Part shown: positions 18,431 to 28,011 of the stretch, in pieces
How positions within the stretch are numbered: position 1 is the stretch's first letter
How the letters are laid out: each line of letters starts with the position of its first letter
Source of the DNA: Myxococcota bacterium
GTDB taxonomy: Bacteria > Myxococcota_A > Polyangia > Nannocystales > Nannocystaceae
DNA length: 64,000 nt
NCBI GenBank assembly: GCA_039028615.1
Contig: JBCCHT010000008.1
Coordinates: forward strand, 64,001-128,000
Reading direction: 5' to 3'
Made by a program: the position numbers and the translations under genes
The notes under the pieces: model-generated
Databases searched by the model: none
Told to the model about the DNA's origin: nothing
Seen by the model: only the letters and a program-made list of their open reading frames with translations

Positions 18431-20356
18431 TCATGCGTCGCTGCGACTCGACGGCACGGCCTGTTCTTCGGCTCGCTCGGCGAGGTACCGAGCCCGCATC
18501 GTCGCGTACTGTCGCTTGCCGTTGTGCGTCCGCGGGATGGTGCCGCGCTTGACCATGTGAACCCGACTGGGGCGTAGGCCCAGCCGCGCCTTCACCTTGG
18601 CGCCGATGGCCTGTGCGAGCGTCGTCCACTCGCGCCGCGGGGCTCGAGCCTCGACGAACAAGTGCAGGTGCTCCCCCGCCTTGCCGCCCTCGTCGATGCC
18701 CAGCGCCATCGAGCTGGCGACCCCGTCGACCGAGTCGACGATTTCCTCGACCTCCTTGGGCGCGAGGTTGCGACCGGCCACGATGATGACCTCCTTGGTC
18801 CGCCCCACGATGAACAGCACCCCGTCCTCGTCGACGTAGCCCACGTCACCCGTGCGGATGAAGCCATCGGAGGTGGTGAGCCGATCGGTGAGCTCGGCGT
18901 CGCGGTAGTAGCCCGCCGTCTGCGAGGGACTACGCAGGCAGACCTCGCCTCGCTCCCCAGCCGGCATCGAGCGATCGCCCTGTCGAATGTCGACGTCGAA
19001 GTCGGTCAGCGGCGCACCCACGCCCACGAAGCCGTCGTCGTCGACCACCAGCCCGTCACGAGACAACGGCCAGAATGCCGCGCCCACGCAGATCTCGGCG
19101 AGCCCGTAGCCGGGCCGCAGCACGTTGCGCAAGCCATGGGCCGTTTCGAAGGCCTCGATCGTGCTGGCACGAACCGGCTCGGCCGCGACCAAGGCAAAAC
19201 GCAGGCTGGTCAGATCGTACTTGCCGACGTCACCCCCGAAGCGCAGCGCAAAGCGGTACGCGAAGTCGGGCGCCGCGGTCATGGTGCCGCGATGCTCGGT
19301 GATGGCCTCGAACCACGCCTGCGGGCGCAACGAGACCGGCAACAGCACCACGCGTGCACCCACGTACATCGGACACAGCGTCATCGTGATGAGCCCCATG
19401 TCGTGATAGACGGGCAGCCAGCTGACGAACACGTCGTCGGGGTTGAACTGGGCGGGCGGGATCATCTGGCGGATGTTCGCCATCAAGCCCCGATGCGTGA
19501 GCATGACTCCCTTGGAGTCTCCCGTGGTCCCCGAGGTGTATTGCAGCATCGCCACCGCATCGGGCTCGGGGACGGGCAGGGGCTCCAGCTCGTGGCCCGC
19601 CTCCGCATCGGTGAACACGTCGGCGAGCGCCACCAGATCGACCTCGGTGCCCTCGAGCGCGGCGTCCAGATCGCGGCAGGCCGCGTCGTCCAGCCGCCCT
19701 CGGGTGATGACCATCGTCGCCTGGCAGTCGCGCACGATCGAGGCGATGCGCTCGGGCCCGGACGCGTGGAAGATCGGGGCCACGATCGCGCCGAGGCGCG
19801 TGATCCCGTGGAACAGCGGCAAGAACTCGGCGCAGTTGGGCATCATCAAGACGACGACATCCCCCCCGCTGACCCCCGCCCGCCGTAGGGCCCGGGCCAC
19901 CCGCTCCACGAAGATCGCCAGCTCGGCGTAGGTGCAGACCTCGTCGTCGAAGCGAAAGGCCTCGCGGTCCGGGGTGAGCACGGCCCGACGCAGCACCATC
20001 TCCGCGAGCGTGTCGACTCCGGCGAGCGGATCGGTGCCGAGCCACGCGGTCACCTCGGCTTGTCGCCCGCTCTCGGCTGGGGCGGTCGCAGCCGCGTCCA
20101 CGGCCGGCGCGGGCGCTTCGACGGGCACTGGCCCCACCAGCGCTCGATAGAACTGCTCGACCGTCTCGACCTCGGCGAGGCTGTTGGTGTCGAGCTCTCG
20201 CCCCAGCGCAATCTCTACGCGCTGGAGCACCTGCACGACGTCGATCGATTGCACGCCCAGCTCATCGAGGCTCTGGCCCGCCTCGATCGTCTCCGCGGGA
20301 AGCAAGAGTTCCTCGGCCAAGATCCCGGCAAAGCTCGGAAAATCCATCGTCTTCAT
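18431..20356 (-). CDS. ACP + fatty acyl-AMP ligase-like adenylation domain fusion
   Basis: N-terminal carrier motif ELGVQSID; QYTSGTTGDSKG, SWLPVYHDMGLI, GYGLAE, TGDVG, GRTKE. Confidence 0.9.
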   Translation of the reverse strand: MKTMDFPSFAGILAEELLLPAETIEAGQSLDELGVQSIDVVQVLQRVEIALGRELDTNSLAEVETVEQFYRALVGPVPVEAPAPAVDAAATAPAESGRQAEVTAWLGTDPLAGVDTLAEMVLRRAVLTPDREAFRFDDEVCTYAELAIFVERVARALRRAGVSGGDVVVLMMPNCAEFLPLFHGITRLGAIVAPIFHASGPERIASIVRDCQATMVITRGRLDDAACRDLDAALEGTEVDLVALADVFTDAEAGHELEPLPVPEPDAVAMLQYTSGTTGDSKGVMLTHRGLMANIRQMIPPAQFNPDDVFVSWLPVYHDMGLITMTLCPMYVGARVVLLPVSLRPQAWFEAITEHRGTMTAAPDFAYRFALRFGGDVGKYDLTSLRFALVAAEPVRASTIEAFETAHGLRNVLRPGYGLAEICVGAAFWPLSRDGLVVDDDGFVGVGAPLTDFDVDIRQGDRSMPAGERGEVCLRSPSQTAGYYRDAELTDRLTTSDGFIRTGDVGYVDEDGVLFIVGRTKEVIIVAGRNLAPKEVEEIVDSVDGVASSMALGIDEGGKAGEHLHLFVEARAPRREWTTLAQAIGAKVKARLGLRPSRVHMVKRGTIPRTHNGKRQYATMRARYLAERAEEQAVPSSRSDA

Positions 20357-20377
20357 GAGTTGTCCCCCCGTGGTCTT

Positions 20378-22816
20378 CTAGAGATTGGCCAATACGCTGG
20401 CCGAGTACGTGTCATCCAACATGACGAAGGCAGAGTTCGCGGCCGGCCGTGCGCCCAGCTTCTTTTTGATGAGCTCGGCGGTATACGCCAGGTTCAGCGA
20501 GGTCGCCCCGTGGGCTCGAGCTCGCTCGACCATGTGCAGCAAGCAGACCTTGTAGATCGAGTGCGAGGTGACATGGGCCTGGTCGAAGCCGACGAGCAGC
20601 GCCGTACAACGCACGCCCCGCTCGTGGGAGATGAACACACCGACCGGCCGATGGAGATCGGCCTGCCCCGGCTCGTAGAGCCGCACCACGTCGAACTCGG
20701 GGTTGGCGAACATCGCCTCGAACACCCCGAGCGGCAGGGGCATCACGTTGAGGCGATGGCCTCGCGCGTGCACCCGTCGATAGAGCTGATAGCAGGCCTC
20801 GATGATCTTCGGGTCGTCGGTCGTCGAGTCGTCGACGCGCAGGCCCTCCATGGCGGGCAGGAACTCCCGCCGCACGTTGTAGCGATAGCGCTGCCCCAAG
20901 GTCGCGAGGAAGCCGTCACGATCGGCCCAGGCCATCTCGTCGACCATCATCATGTCGGGCATCGAGGTCTCCACGAAGCCCAGGTCGAGCAAGATCTTGC
21001 GGAGCTGTTCGTCCTCGCCCCGCGGAAACTCGCGCAGCAAGACCTGCGTGGCGCCGACCTCCCGCTTGACGCGCTGCATGTCGTCGACCAGCAGGGCCAG
21101 CGCCTCCGACCAATCCGGGTGCGAACGATCGAGCTGCAGGTGCGGCCCGAGGCTCATGGGGTTGCCCAGCACCACCGCGGGCGAGACCAGGAAATCCGGG
21201 TCGCGCTGCCGAATGGCCTCGACCTTCTCGGAGATCTCGGCCGAGGACAGCATGTCCGCCTTGACCCGCGTGACCCCGTAGAAGGTCGCCAGCACCGGGT
21301 GCCCCTGCGCATCCTCGACCAGCACGTAGTGCATGTCGGCCTGGCAGGTATCGGCGGGCGCATCGACGAAGGGTCCCTCGAGGTCCCTGAGCACCGAGTG
21401 GCTCATCGGGCCCTTGTCGGCGAACAGCGCGTCCCACTTTTCGGCCGGAATCTCTGCGATCGAGCCGTAGTGCCGCAGGTTCAGCGAGGGCTCGTTGGAC
21501 TCGACCACCTTCAGGCGCGAGCGCTCGAAGTTCAGCTCGGCGATCGAAGGGTCGCGGAAGGTCCGGGCCAGGTCGTGCGGCGTGACGCCCTCTTCGCGGA
21601 AGACGTCGAACAGGTGGTCCCGCATGCGATCGAGCAGGTCGTCGATCTCTTGGAAGCTCAGCCCGCGATGCACGTGGAAGCGCAGCCCGCCCTGGTTCAT
21701 GGGAACGGCGGGAAACGAGCCTTGGTTGACGTAGAAGCCGTCGGCCAGCAGCCGCTCCGAAGCGGCGTAGACCAGGCGCGGCAGCCCGGTCGGCACGAAG
21801 AACAGCGGCGTGTCGTTGGAGACCAGCTGGGGCAGGCCCCGCTGCTCGATCCCCTCGCGGGCATGCGCGATGCGCTGCTTCAGGTCGATCTGCAGGGGCA
21901 CGATCTCGGGCGACAGGTGCAGCCGCGCCGAGGCCAGGGCCGCGCCGAGCATGGGCGGCTGAATGGGCCCCGAGAAGATCAGCGGCCCGCCGCAGGTCCG
22001 CACCCGGCGGGCGAGTTCCTCGGTGGGAAAGGCCAGCGCTCCCCCGGCCGCTGCGAACGACTTGTTGAGCGAGACGGCCAGCACCATCTGCTCGGGCATG
22101 GTGATCTTGGACGCCACCCAGCCGCAGCCGTTGCGACCCGCCCAGCCGAAGCCGTGGGCATCGTCGACGTAGGACCACAGCTGGTCATACTGCTCGTGCA
22201 GGGCCGCCAGCTCGTCGAGCGGCGCCCCGTCTCCGTGCATCGAGTAGACGCCGTCGGCGAAGTACCAGACCTTGTCGTGGTCGGCCTTGAGGCGCTTGAT
22301 CTCTCGCTCGAGCTGGTCCATGCGGTTGTGCCGGATCATCACGATCGGCACGCCGCGCGCCTTGAGCAGCTGCACTGCGATCTGCAGGCTGTTGTGCACC
22401 TGGTGGTCGAGCACCACCGCGTCGTTGTCGGAGACCAAGACCGGCACCGCCGACATGTGCCCGAGCGTCGTCGACGGGGTCACCACCACGGGGCGACCGA
22501 CCATCTTGCCGACCTCGGACTCGAGCTGTTCGTACATGCCGAGCGACAGGTAGACGCGCGACGAAGCGAACTGGGTACCATAGCGGCGGAGCCCGTCTTC
22601 GACCCCCGCCATGATGGCGGGATGACGCTCGAGGCTCAGGTAGCTCGCGGAGCCATAGTTGAGGACACGCCGACCCGAAATGTGGATCGTACGACCATCG
22701 ATCTGTTCATCACGCGCGGAGAGATGGGCGATCCCGCGCCCTACTCCATCGGTGATGATCTGGTCGATGACATCGTACATGCCAGCGGAACCAGTCTGAT
22801 GTCTCACGATGTCCAC
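20378..22816 (-). CDS. alpha-oxoamine synthase (SPT/BioF-like) fused to a C-terminal GNAT-like domain
   Basis: NYGSASYLSL, VHNSL, DGVYSMHGD, DDAHG, SLNKSF (PLP Lys), LIFSGP; ~370-aa C-terminal extension with FLATLGQRYRYNVRRE and LAYTAELIKKKLGA. Confidence 0.88.
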   Translation of the reverse strand: MDIVRHQTGSAGMYDVIDQIITDGVGRGIAHLSARDEQIDGRTIHISGRRVLNYGSASYLSLERHPAIMAGVEDGLRRYGTQFASSRVYLSLGMYEQLESEVGKMVGRPVVVTPSTTLGHMSAVPVLVSDNDAVVLDHQVHNSLQIAVQLLKARGVPIVMIRHNRMDQLEREIKRLKADHDKVWYFADGVYSMHGDGAPLDELAALHEQYDQLWSYVDDAHGFGWAGRNGCGWVASKITMPEQMVLAVSLNKSFAAAGGALAFPTEELARRVRTCGGPLIFSGPIQPPMLGAALASARLHLSPEIVPLQIDLKQRIAHAREGIEQRGLPQLVSNDTPLFFVPTGLPRLVYAASERLLADGFYVNQGSFPAVPMNQGGLRFHVHRGLSFQEIDDLLDRMRDHLFDVFREEGVTPHDLARTFRDPSIAELNFERSRLKVVESNEPSLNLRHYGSIAEIPAEKWDALFADKGPMSHSVLRDLEGPFVDAPADTCQADMHYVLVEDAQGHPVLATFYGVTRVKADMLSSAEISEKVEAIRQRDPDFLVSPAVVLGNPMSLGPHLQLDRSHPDWSEALALLVDDMQRVKREVGATQVLLREFPRGEDEQLRKILLDLGFVETSMPDMMMVDEMAWADRDGFLATLGQRYRYNVRREFLPAMEGLRVDDSTTDDPKIIEACYQLYRRVHARGHRLNVMPLPLGVFEAMFANPEFDVVRLYEPGQADLHRPVGVFISHERGVRCTALLVGFDQAHVTSHSIYKVCLLHMVERARAHGATSLNLAYTAELIKKKLGARPAANSAFVMLDDTYSASVLANL

Positions 22817-23223
22817 TCCCCCGAGTCACACCCCCCAGTGCCCCCGTCGAGCGGACACCGCAGAAGATTTCTGCAGTGACCGATCACCATCGTGGGGGGA
22901 GTTCTTGGATTCTTCGATTCTCTTCAGTCATCCCAATTTTTTTTCGCCGGCACCATCCATTCACCTCATACGAGGCCGAAAACGGCCTCCCATGGCGAAT
23001 TTCAGCGTTCACGAGGACGAATGCAGAGGACTGCGGATTTATACAATTTGCTCATCACAATCTGCCAGTTTCGCAGGCGCCGTCGTGGCACGATTCATGT
23101 CTGTTCACTACCGCATCGCACAATAGACGCGATGCGATCACATCGAAAAACGGCGACGCAGACCCGGTAGAAAATCGAGCAAGACCACTCGCGAGCTCGT
23201 CCTCGAAGGCGGCGGCTCCCATG

Positions 23224-23274
23224 AAAAAGAGGCCGGGTAACGAAGCCTCGGCTTCGTCACACGGCCCCCTTTTC
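23224..23274 (-). terminator. intrinsic terminator downstream of the M49 peptidase
   Basis: Minus strand ggccgtgtgacgaagc-cgag-gcttcgttacccggcc followed by TCTTTTT. Confidence 0.7.
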
Positions 23275-23287
23275 CGAGCAGGTCGGC

Positions 23288-25090
23288 TCAGCGAGGTCCG
23301 GTCTCGCCCGCCACCGGGTACACGGGGCGGATGTCGACCGGAATGCCCTCGAGCTTCCCGAGCGCCTTCTCCATGGCCGGAGACATCCCGCCGAACTCGG
23401 CCAGGAACTGCTCGGCCTTGCCCTTGTTGCCCTCGTGCTGGATCATCACCAGATCGTGCACGAGCGTGCCGATGTTGGCCTCGAGTTTGTCCATGTCGAT
23501 GGTGAACACGCCCTTGGCCTCGTCGAAGCTGGCGCCTCCGTCCTTCAGGTAGCGATTGATCTGCACCGCCGCGCCTTGGCCGTGGGCCTCGGCCACCCCG
23601 AAGCGAACGCTGCGGAAGAGCCCGGCGAAGTAACTGACCAGGAGCTTCTCGCGGAAGTCCTTGGGCAGCTCGCCCTTCTCGATCATGAACAGGATGTTGT
23701 ACGCGCCCATGACGTCGGCCTTGCACTCCTCGAGCGCGGTATAGGCCGGTCCCAGGGCCATGCGGACCTCGACCTTCTTGCCGTCGACGTCGGTGAAGGC
23801 GGGGCCGAGGCTGTGGGACAGCTCGTGGAAGAGCACTTGGTTGAAGAAGGCGTCGCCCGAGAGCCGGTCGTGCAACGAGGCCTCGAGGACCTTCTCACCG
23901 ATCGGCTTCATGATGCGCTCGAACTTGGTCTCGATGAGGTTGCGCAGCAGGACCTTCTTGGCGCCCTTCTCCTTGCGCACGCGCTCGTCGTTGGGGAGGT
24001 TGAACGCGATGGTCTGCACCGACTTGCGGGAGTCGCCCGAGGTGTAGACCAGGTCCACCACGCGAATCGGGCTCTCGGCCCCGCGCTTGGTCTTGACCGC
24101 GTCGTCGATGGGCAGGTGGTCCTCCATCTCCGGGAGGTAGGCCTTGTACTTGGCCAGAGCCTTCGAAGCCTCGGGGTCGCTGACGGTGACGAAGGCTTCG
24201 AAGCTGGCCTTGAGCCCCTTCAGCTCGTCCTCGTAGGTCTCGTAGGGCCCGATGGTGATCTCGACGCGGCTGTCGAGATCCATCCAGTCCTTGTCGCTCT
24301 GGTAGTAGTCGTCGCTGAGGAAGGCGTCGGCGCGCGAGCGCAGGAAGGTGGAGAGCGACTCGTTGGTGGTGGTCGCGGCCGCCTCGCGCAGCTTCTCCGC
24401 CGCGGGCTTCAGCCACTCGGCGTAGACCTCCCGGTAGGGCTTGGCCACCAGCCCGTTGTCGCCCATCTCGATCACGGTGAAGAGGCTGTTGAAGGCCTCC
24501 GCGTCGTCCGGGTGAGCGTCGACCCACGCGTCGAAGCGATCGGCGGTGAGCTCCTCGGGGTAAAAGCCCGCGCCCTTGGGCCAGGGTTTGTCGATGGCGA
24601 AGGGCTTGCGGTGCTCCTGGCGATCCCAGGGCCCCCGCATGATGCGGAAGTAGGCGTACTTGGCCTTGCCCACCGGGTCGGTCGCCTTGGACAGCTCGGC
24701 CTCGAGCGCAGGGTTGCCCGCCCAGGCCTGGCGCTCGTAGATGGGGTCGAGCAGCTTGGCCGCCTCGATGAGGATCTCGAGGGTCTTGCGCTCGGACTCC
24801 GGCAACTTGGAGGTGTCGACGCCCAGCTTCGCGATGGCGAACGCATCGATCTTGGCTTGCAGCTCGGCTGCCTCGTCGCCGCCCGCGTCGGGCTCGGCAT
24901 CCGGCTTGCCCTTGCCATCCGGCTTGCCCTTCGCGTCCGGCTTGCCCTTGCCGTCGGCCTTGCCCCCCGCCTTCGCGCCCCCCTTGGTCGTCTTCCCGTC
25001 GGCTGCTCCACCGCCGCAGGCGAGCGCGAGCGACAACGACAACATGGCCAACGAACGAACGAGGGGCGACAGCAGTGGGCGAGAGGACAT
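23288..25090 (-). CDS. peptidase family M49 (dipeptidyl peptidase III-like) lipoprotein
   Basis: LALAC lipobox; GPYETYED, AFNLPND, HELSH zinc motif, LEECKAD. Confidence 0.9.
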   Translation of the reverse strand: MSSRPLLSPLVRSLAMLSLSLALACGGGAADGKTTKGGAKAGGKADGKGKPDAKGKPDGKGKPDAEPDAGGDEAAELQAKIDAFAIAKLGVDTSKLPESERKTLEILIEAAKLLDPIYERQAWAGNPALEAELSKATDPVGKAKYAYFRIMRGPWDRQEHRKPFAIDKPWPKGAGFYPEELTADRFDAWVDAHPDDAEAFNSLFTVIEMGDNGLVAKPYREVYAEWLKPAAEKLREAAATTTNESLSTFLRSRADAFLSDDYYQSDKDWMDLDSRVEITIGPYETYEDELKGLKASFEAFVTVSDPEASKALAKYKAYLPEMEDHLPIDDAVKTKRGAESPIRVVDLVYTSGDSRKSVQTIAFNLPNDERVRKEKGAKKVLLRNLIETKFERIMKPIGEKVLEASLHDRLSGDAFFNQVLFHELSHSLGPAFTDVDGKKVEVRMALGPAYTALEECKADVMGAYNILFMIEKGELPKDFREKLLVSYFAGLFRSVRFGVAEAHGQGAAVQINRYLKDGGASFDEAKGVFTIDMDKLEANIGTLVHDLVMIQHEGNKGKAEQFLAEFGGMSPAMEKALGKLEGIPVDIRPVYPVAGETGPR

Positions 25091-25195
25091 GGAACGCGAA
25101 GGTTCGCAAGCGCGAGCGGCCAGAGCAAACCGCCGCGCACTCGCTTTGCGCACACGGCCCGCACGGGGCCGCCCCCTGCATGCTCGCGAGGTCTC

Positions 25196-25930
25196 CTAGG
25201 CTTCGACGTAGCGAGTGGGGTCGGCGACCCCGGCTTCCTCGAAGCCCTTGCGGCGCAGCTGACAGCTATCGCAACGCCCGCAGGCCAGCGGCCTGTGATC
25301 GGCGTCCGGCACGGGGTCGTAGCAGCTGACGGTATCTCCGTAGTTCACGCCCAGCTCCGTTCCCCGCTTCACGATGCCGGCCTTGGTCAGCTCGAGCAGC
25401 GGCGTGCGAATGCGCAGCGCGTCACCCTGGCCCTGCACCCCCACGCGAGTCGCGAGGTTCGCCATGCGGGCATAAGCGTCGATGAAGTCGGGCCGACAGT
25501 CGGGATAGCCGGAGTAGTCGAGCGCGTTGACACCGATCCAGATGTCGCGCGCCCCGAGGGACTCGGCCCACGCCAGCGCGTAGGAGAGGAACAAGGTGTT
25601 GCGCGCGGGGACGTAGGTCACCGGGATCTCGGACTCGTCTTCGACGTCGCGATCCTTGGGCACGGCCAGCTCGCTGCCCTCGACCAGGGCCGTGGCCGAA
25701 GCGACCAGCCGACCCAAGTGCGACAGATCGACGACCTCGTGGCTCGTCGCGCCCAGGGCCTGGGCCTGCCGCGCCGCGCACCCCAGCTCGATGGCGTGCC
25801 GCTGCCCGTAGCGAAAGCTCAGCGCGTGAACATCGTGTCCGGCCTCGCGGGCGATGGCCATCACGGTCACCGAATCGAGCCCACCGCTCAATAGAACCAC
25901 GGCCGGTCCGGCCGTACTCGAATTCTTCAT
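25196..25930 (-). CDS. queC: 7-cyano-7-deazaguanine synthase
   Basis: LSGGLDS, YGQRH, YVPARN, GYPDCRP, SCYDP..CGRCDSC. Confidence 0.97.
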   Translation of the reverse strand: MKNSSTAGPAVVLLSGGLDSVTVMAIAREAGHDVHALSFRYGQRHAIELGCAARQAQALGATSHEVVDLSHLGRLVASATALVEGSELAVPKDRDVEDESEIPVTYVPARNTLFLSYALAWAESLGARDIWIGVNALDYSGYPDCRPDFIDAYARMANLATRVGVQGQGDALRIRTPLLELTKAGIVKRGTELGVNYGDTVSCYDPVPDADHRPLACGRCDSCQLRRKGFEEAGVADPTRYVEA

Positions 25931-25945
25931 CGGTCTCTTCTCGGC

Positions 25946-26434
25946 TCAGCCCGTGCTGCCGTCGCCCTCGCCCGAGCCGCCTTCGTCGGTCATCGGCTCG
26001 TCGCCATCGTCTTCGGCCCCTGCCTCGCCGCCGGGCGACGCGGAGCAGTTGGGATCGATGACGCCCAGGGCGGGATCGGGGCAACAGTACAGCGCGAACT
26101 GATCGTTGTTGTAGCCGACGGCGCAGCTACACGTCGGCAAGAACGTTGCCGGATCGGTAAAGCACATGCCCCGCTCGTCGCCGCCGCAGAAGAAACCGCG
26201 GCAAGGGTCGGCGGGGTCGTAGCAGAAGTTGCTCTCGAGGTTGCACTGGCCTTCCGCGCACGAGCCATCGGGAGCCAGACACAGCCCGCCCGGCAGCCCC
26301 GGCGGCGGATCTTTGTCGCGCTCGCCTCCGCGGTAACAGGCTTGCGCCAGGCTCAACGCCGTCAGCAACGCCAAACCGGCGCCCCACCCACGCCATCGCG
26401 TGGGACCCCTATCGTGCTTCGCGTGGGTCGGCAC
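25946..26434 (-). CDS. small Cys-rich lipoprotein
   Basis: Hydrophobic stretch ending LAQAC, many Cys, acidic tail; start uncertain. Confidence 0.7.
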   Translation of the reverse strand: MPTHAKHDRGPTRWRGWGAGLALLTALSLAQACYRGGERDKDPPPGLPGGLCLAPDGSCAEGQCNLESNFCYDPADPCRGFFCGGDERGMCFTDPATFLPTCSCAVGYNNDQFALYCCPDPALGVIDPNCSASPGGEAGAEDDGDEPMTDEGGSGEGDGSTG

Positions 26435-26610
26435 TGGGAGGGACGATATCGCCAAACGCTCTCGAGAGAAACCAATGACGACGCGCAGTGGAACCCTTCG
26501 GTCGGTCGGCGGCGGTCCCGTTCGCGTTGATGGGGCAAGGAGCCCCACGGAGAAATCCGTGCCGCCCCTCGGTTTGAAAATGGCGCAGGGCTCCGGTAGC
26601 GTGCTCTTCG

Positions 26611-27537
26611 ATGCGTTTGGTCAGGAACGGTGGTCCGGCGGCGCTGCGCAGCACCGCGGTAGCGCTGGCGGTGTTCATGGGGACCGGGGCCCTGCCTCTC
26701 ACGGCAACCGCTGGCGTGACGCCGTTGCCGCTGCTGGTCAAGAAGAAGAAAAAGAAGAAGTTCACCCCGGAGCAGGCGGCCGATCAGCGCATGCCGATCC
26801 AGGACGAGGGCCGACAGATGGTCGAGGCGGGCGAGCTGACCGCGGCGACCATCCTCTACGACGGCGCCGCGAACTCGCAGGGTGACCCCATTTTGTTCCT
26901 CGACGCGGGCGACACGTACCTCGAGATGGCCATCGTCGAGCGCGACATCGCCTCGGCCGAGACGGCCAAAGAGCGCGCGTACACGGCACGGGACATCCTG
27001 TACTTCCACACGCACGACGCCTCGAGTGACGACTACCGCGTCGTCACCGACGACGAGATCGGCGGCCTCCTGTCGCGGTCGAGCGAGCTCATCGCCAAGG
27101 CCGACGACACCATCGCCGAGATCGAGGCCGAGCAAGAAGCTCTGTCCGAGCCGCCCCCCGCCCCGGAAAAAGCCAAGGGTGACGGCAAGGGCATGCGGAT
27201 CGCTGGCATCGGCTTCATGGCGCTCGGCGTCGCGGGCCTGGGTGCGGGCGCGGCCGGCCTCGTCATCGGGCAGGTCAACCAAAACCGAGTCAACGACGAC
27301 GCGGTCTACGGCGCCGAGTTCGACGACTTCGACGCCCGGGGCCGTCGCGGCAACCTCATCGCGGGCGTGGGCCTGGCGGTGGGCGGCACCGCCCTCGTGG
27401 CCGGCACCGTGCTCTTCATCATCGGAAAACGTCGCGGCAAGAAGGCCGGAGAGGCGGACGAGCCCGCTCCCTCCGACGACGCTTCCGTCGCCGTGGTCCC
27501 CACCGGCCGCGGCCTCGCCCTCGTGGGTCGCTTCTAA
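26611..27537 (+). CDS. hypothetical exported/membrane protein (helical domain, two Gly-rich TMs, C-terminal GRF)
   Basis: Signal peptide, K7 run, two hydrophobic segments, ends GLALVGRF. Confidence 0.8.
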   Translation: MRLVRNGGPAALRSTAVALAVFMGTGALPLTATAGVTPLPLLVKKKKKKKFTPEQAADQRMPIQDEGRQMVEAGELTAATILYDGAANSQGDPILFLDAGDTYLEMAIVERDIASAETAKERAYTARDILYFHTHDASSDDYRVVTDDEIGGLLSRSSELIAKADDTIAEIEAEQEALSEPPPAPEKAKGDGKGMRIAGIGFMALGVAGLGAGAAGLVIGQVNQNRVNDDAVYGAEFDDFDARGRRGNLIAGVGLAVGGTALVAGTVLFIIGKRRGKKAGEADEPAPSDDASVAVVPTGRGLALVGRF

Positions 27538-27555
27538 GCTCTCAGGATCATCATC

Positions 27556-27960
27556 ATGCCCAAGCTGCCTCTCCTCGCCCTCGTTTTCGGAACCGGTCTC
27601 GCCCTCGTCGCGACCACCCCGGGTGCGGCCTCGGCCGCGGCGACCCTGGGTTGCGACGACGACAGCGGCCTGTGTGTCAATTCCGGCGGAGCCAAGTGGA
27701 GCCCGGACAAGACGGCCTCCGCCAAAGATCGTCGCAAGCGCAAGGCCAAGACCGGCGGCACCCTGAGCGTGGACATCGACGGGGGCCGCGGTAGCGTGTT
27801 CCTCAACGGTCGCTACGTCGGCACCGCCCCGGTCAGCGACGTAGCCATCCCCCAGGGCAAGAACGACGTGCACGTGCGCGACGGCGACATCACGCTGGCC
27901 ACCGGGGTGCTCAACGTGCCCAAGGGCGCCTCGGTCTCGCTGACCGTCCGCCACGACTAG
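27556..27960 (+). CDS. secreted PEGA-like domain protein
   Basis: GTLSVD..GSVFLNGRYVGTAPV..IPQGKNDVHV. Confidence 0.8.
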   Translation: MPKLPLLALVFGTGLALVATTPGAASAAATLGCDDDSGLCVNSGGAKWSPDKTASAKDRRKRKAKTGGTLSVDIDGGRGSVFLNGRYVGTAPVSDVAIPQGKNDVHVRDGDITLATGVLNVPKGASVSLTVRHD

Positions 27961-28011
27961 AACTCACCTCATCGACCCTCGTGGGGTGAGGCGACGGGGC
28001 ACAGTGCCGCT

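Noticed and set aside
20060..25894. Very long opposite-strand ORFs such as 20060-22879, 23435-25894, 11765-14146 and 1774-3780
   Set aside because: Antisense shadows of real genes, expected at high GC; no motifs and atypical composition.
25196..25930. queC as part of a 7-deazaguanine DNA-modification or QueC-like defence system
   Set aside because: Normal length, canonical motifs, host-like GC and no dpd, qat or TGT-like neighbours; best read as the housekeeping queuosine enzyme.
25946..26434. LAQAC-Y lipoprotein as a second splicease substrate
   Set aside because: The sequence is C-Y-R, lacking the Gly of XYG, and it is far from the enzyme.
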